Assembly (NCBI GenBank): GCA_019058275.1
Contig: JAHLVW010000099.1
Span: forward strand, 1 to 64,000
Direction of reading: 5' to 3'
DNA from: Candidatus Heimdallarchaeota archaeon
GTDB taxonomy: Archaea > Asgardarchaeota > Heimdallarchaeia > JABLTI01
DNA: 64,000 nt
Positions 62,212 through 64,000 of the stretch are shown here, one piece after another (the stretch's first letter is position 1; each line of letters opens with the position of its first letter). Below the pieces are notes generated by a model. It was not told the DNA's origin. It ran no database searches and worked only from the letters and a program-made list of their open reading frames with translations. The position numbers and the translations under genes were made by a program.

Positions 62212-63279
62212 ATGGATGAACTTATTTCTAGTGATGTTGAATCGAAAATAACAGCAAAAATTGCTAATGCTCAAAATAAATTGAAAGAAATTGTCAAAGG
62301 AATTAAGAAAATAGATTTACAGTTCTTTGATTTATCCTCGGATATTAAACCTAGGAAAATTGCTGCACTTGATGGTGGTGGTTTTTCACAAGATTTTGTT
62401 GGATTAACAATTATACCTTCAAGAGCTGCAGGAGCTATTTTCGAACAAAATAAAGATCCCATTTGGATTGAAGAAGATGATGTTGAAATTCTTACCATGG
62501 AAGATGATCCCAAAAATTATGGTTCTTTATTCAGAGATCTTCTAGAAGTAAAAGTTGCTTTGCAATTACTTTATTACAAACCAGATATTTTGTTTTTAGA
62601 TGGTTCAATAACAAATTTTGCTTACAAAGGTATCCCTCATTCTTTACAATTTTTCCTAGAAAATGTGAAAGATATAAATGAAGGGTCCTATATTGAAAAG
62701 TTCTTCAATCTTTATCGTGAATTTATTCAATCATCCTACAAATTGATAACTGAGTGTATTTTAAAGAATGTTATTTTAGTTGGTGTATCTAAAGACTCTC
62801 GAGCAGACATTCTTATGAAATACCTTTATAGGAATTCTAAAAAACGTCCTCCAATTAATGATGTTTCTCTGATCAATCTTTTATCGCGTGGTAAACAAGG
62901 ATTCACAAAACCAATAGAATTTTCTCCTGAAATAAGCAGTGTTAGAAAAAACATCTGGAAAGCAGCAGAAGTATTCCAAGAAGATGAACTTCAATCCTTT
63001 TACCTTTCATATTTTGTATTAAAAGATGGTGCTCTGCCAATAAGAGTGGATTCACTTGTTCCCCAAAAAGATAAATTAAAAGAAATTCAAGAAGCAATGA
63101 TTACATATCATGACGGAAATGGTTTTATTACTCCAGCTTATTTGACACATAAGCGTGCACATATGACATCTGATTATGGAAATAGAATAGTAAATATAAT
63201 TGCTGAGAGAGTCTTAGATGATTCTCCTGAAATTTTCAAAGCATTTATGACCATGAGAAGGCGAGATATTATACAATAG
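62212..63279 (+). CDS. nurA: NurA-family nuclease
   Basis: AALDGG, LFLDGSI, VGVSKDS, H..A near the C-terminus. Confidence 0.8.
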   Translation: MDELISSDVESKITAKIANAQNKLKEIVKGIKKIDLQFFDLSSDIKPRKIAALDGGGFSQDFVGLTIIPSRAAGAIFEQNKDPIWIEEDDVEILTMEDDPKNYGSLFRDLLEVKVALQLLYYKPDILFLDGSITNFAYKGIPHSLQFFLENVKDINEGSYIEKFFNLYREFIQSSYKLITECILKNVILVGVSKDSRADILMKYLYRNSKKRPPINDVSLINLLSRGKQGFTKPIEFSPEISSVRKNIWKAAEVFQEDELQSFYLSYFVLKDGALPIRVDSLVPQKDKLKEIQEAMITYHDGNGFITPAYLTHKRAHMTSDYGNRIVNIIAERVLDDSPEIFKAFMTMRRRDIIQ

Positions 63280-63355
63280 GTTGTTTCAATTTTAAAAAAA
63301 CTATGAAAAGTCCCTATCGAAATATATTTTATTCATTAGTGAAGATATAACTACT

Positions 63356-64000
63356 ATGTCTAAAGATCGAAATGTGAAGACAAAAGTTGTTCTTTTTTGT
63401 GGACTTTCAAATGCAGGAAAAACAACTATTCTAAATATTTTTACAAAAGGGGATGTTTTCAAAACAGCTCCAACATTAGGTGTATCTCTTAGCACAATGT
63501 CCGTTAAAGATATGAATTTTCGTATTTTCGATTTGGGTGGACAAGAGAAATTTAGAGAAGAAATCACTCCTCTTTTACCTTTTGCTGATCTCATTGTTTT
63601 TGTTGTGGATTCAGCCAATCGAAAACAAATGTCAGAAGTTAGTAAGGAATTCAAGAGAATTCTAAGTAATTCTAATAAGAAATTAATACCCATTTGTGTT
63701 TTAAGGCACAAATCTGATTTGAAGCATGCGATTAAAGAAAATACTCTTATTAAGAAACTCGGATTAAAAACTGTTCTTAATAGAAATTGGAATATGTTAA
63801 GCACTAGTGCTGTCACTTTAAATGGTTTAAAAGATCTATATAGTTGGATTCTACAGGAAACTATTGGCGAAGAACCTGATTTTAAAGTAGATAAAAAGAT
63901 TGAGGAAGAATTTTCGTTCTACTATCCATGTCCAATGTTAAAAGATATGGATAATGGTTCAACCTTTTGCATGAATAAAGATGAGTTCATCGAAACTGAA
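63356..64000 (+). CDS. Arf-family small GTPase with C-terminal extension (runs off window end)
   Basis: Manual translation: GLSNAGKTT, PTLG, FDLGGQEKFR, IVFVVDSA, HKSD, TSAVTLNGL; not in ORF track. Confidence 0.9.
   Translation, partial: MSKDRNVKTKVVLFCGLSNAGKTTILNIFTKGDVFKTAPTLGVSLSTMSVKDMNFRIFDLGGQEKFREEITPLLPFADLIVFVVDSANRKQMSEVSKEFKRILSNSNKKLIPICVLRHKSDLKHAIKENTLIKKLGLKTVLNRNWNMLSTSAVTLNGLKDLYSWILQETIGEEPDFKVDKKIEEEFSFYYPCPMLKDMDNGSTFCMNKDEFIETE

Noticed and set aside
3124-62513. Many overlapping short ORFs (e.g. 3261-, 7330-, 36611+, 38895+, 40539+, 60845+)
   Set aside because: Antisense or off-frame shadows of well-supported genes, with no motifs.
63301-63816. 171-aa minus-strand ORF
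   Set aside because: Antisense shadow of the Arf-like GTPase.

Overview
Low-GC archaeal chromosomal window, most likely an Asgard (Heimdallarchaeia-like) genome. The basis is archaeal core genes (aIF1/SUI1, RqcH/NEMF, HflX, NurA) alongside eukaryotic-signature proteins (EAP30/Vps22-like ESCRT-II subunit, Arf-like GTPase, EMC6/Rab5ip-like protein, membrane RING proteins). Main candidate for an undescribed system: 30.9-38.2 kb holds six co-oriented copies of a ~50-bp core repeat (~85 bp with its A/C-rich flank). Its 9-bp hairpin folds preferentially on the bottom strand and shows compensatory changes. Each pair of copies brackets one unrelated cargo gene or one toxin-antitoxin operon, as in an integron-like cassette array, but the site is not a canonical attC and no integrase lies in the window. 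Second: citF is split at its conserved SH|GGR motif by a 3513-bp insert flanked by a TCATG direct repeat. The insert carries stacked gene 3' ends, a ~140-bp hairpin and a HEAT-repeat/AlbA_2 (Schlafen) gene; citE has an in-frame TAG. Many accessory genes carry frameshifts or nonsense codons while housekeeping genes are intact. All product calls come from motif recognition by eye; no searches were run.
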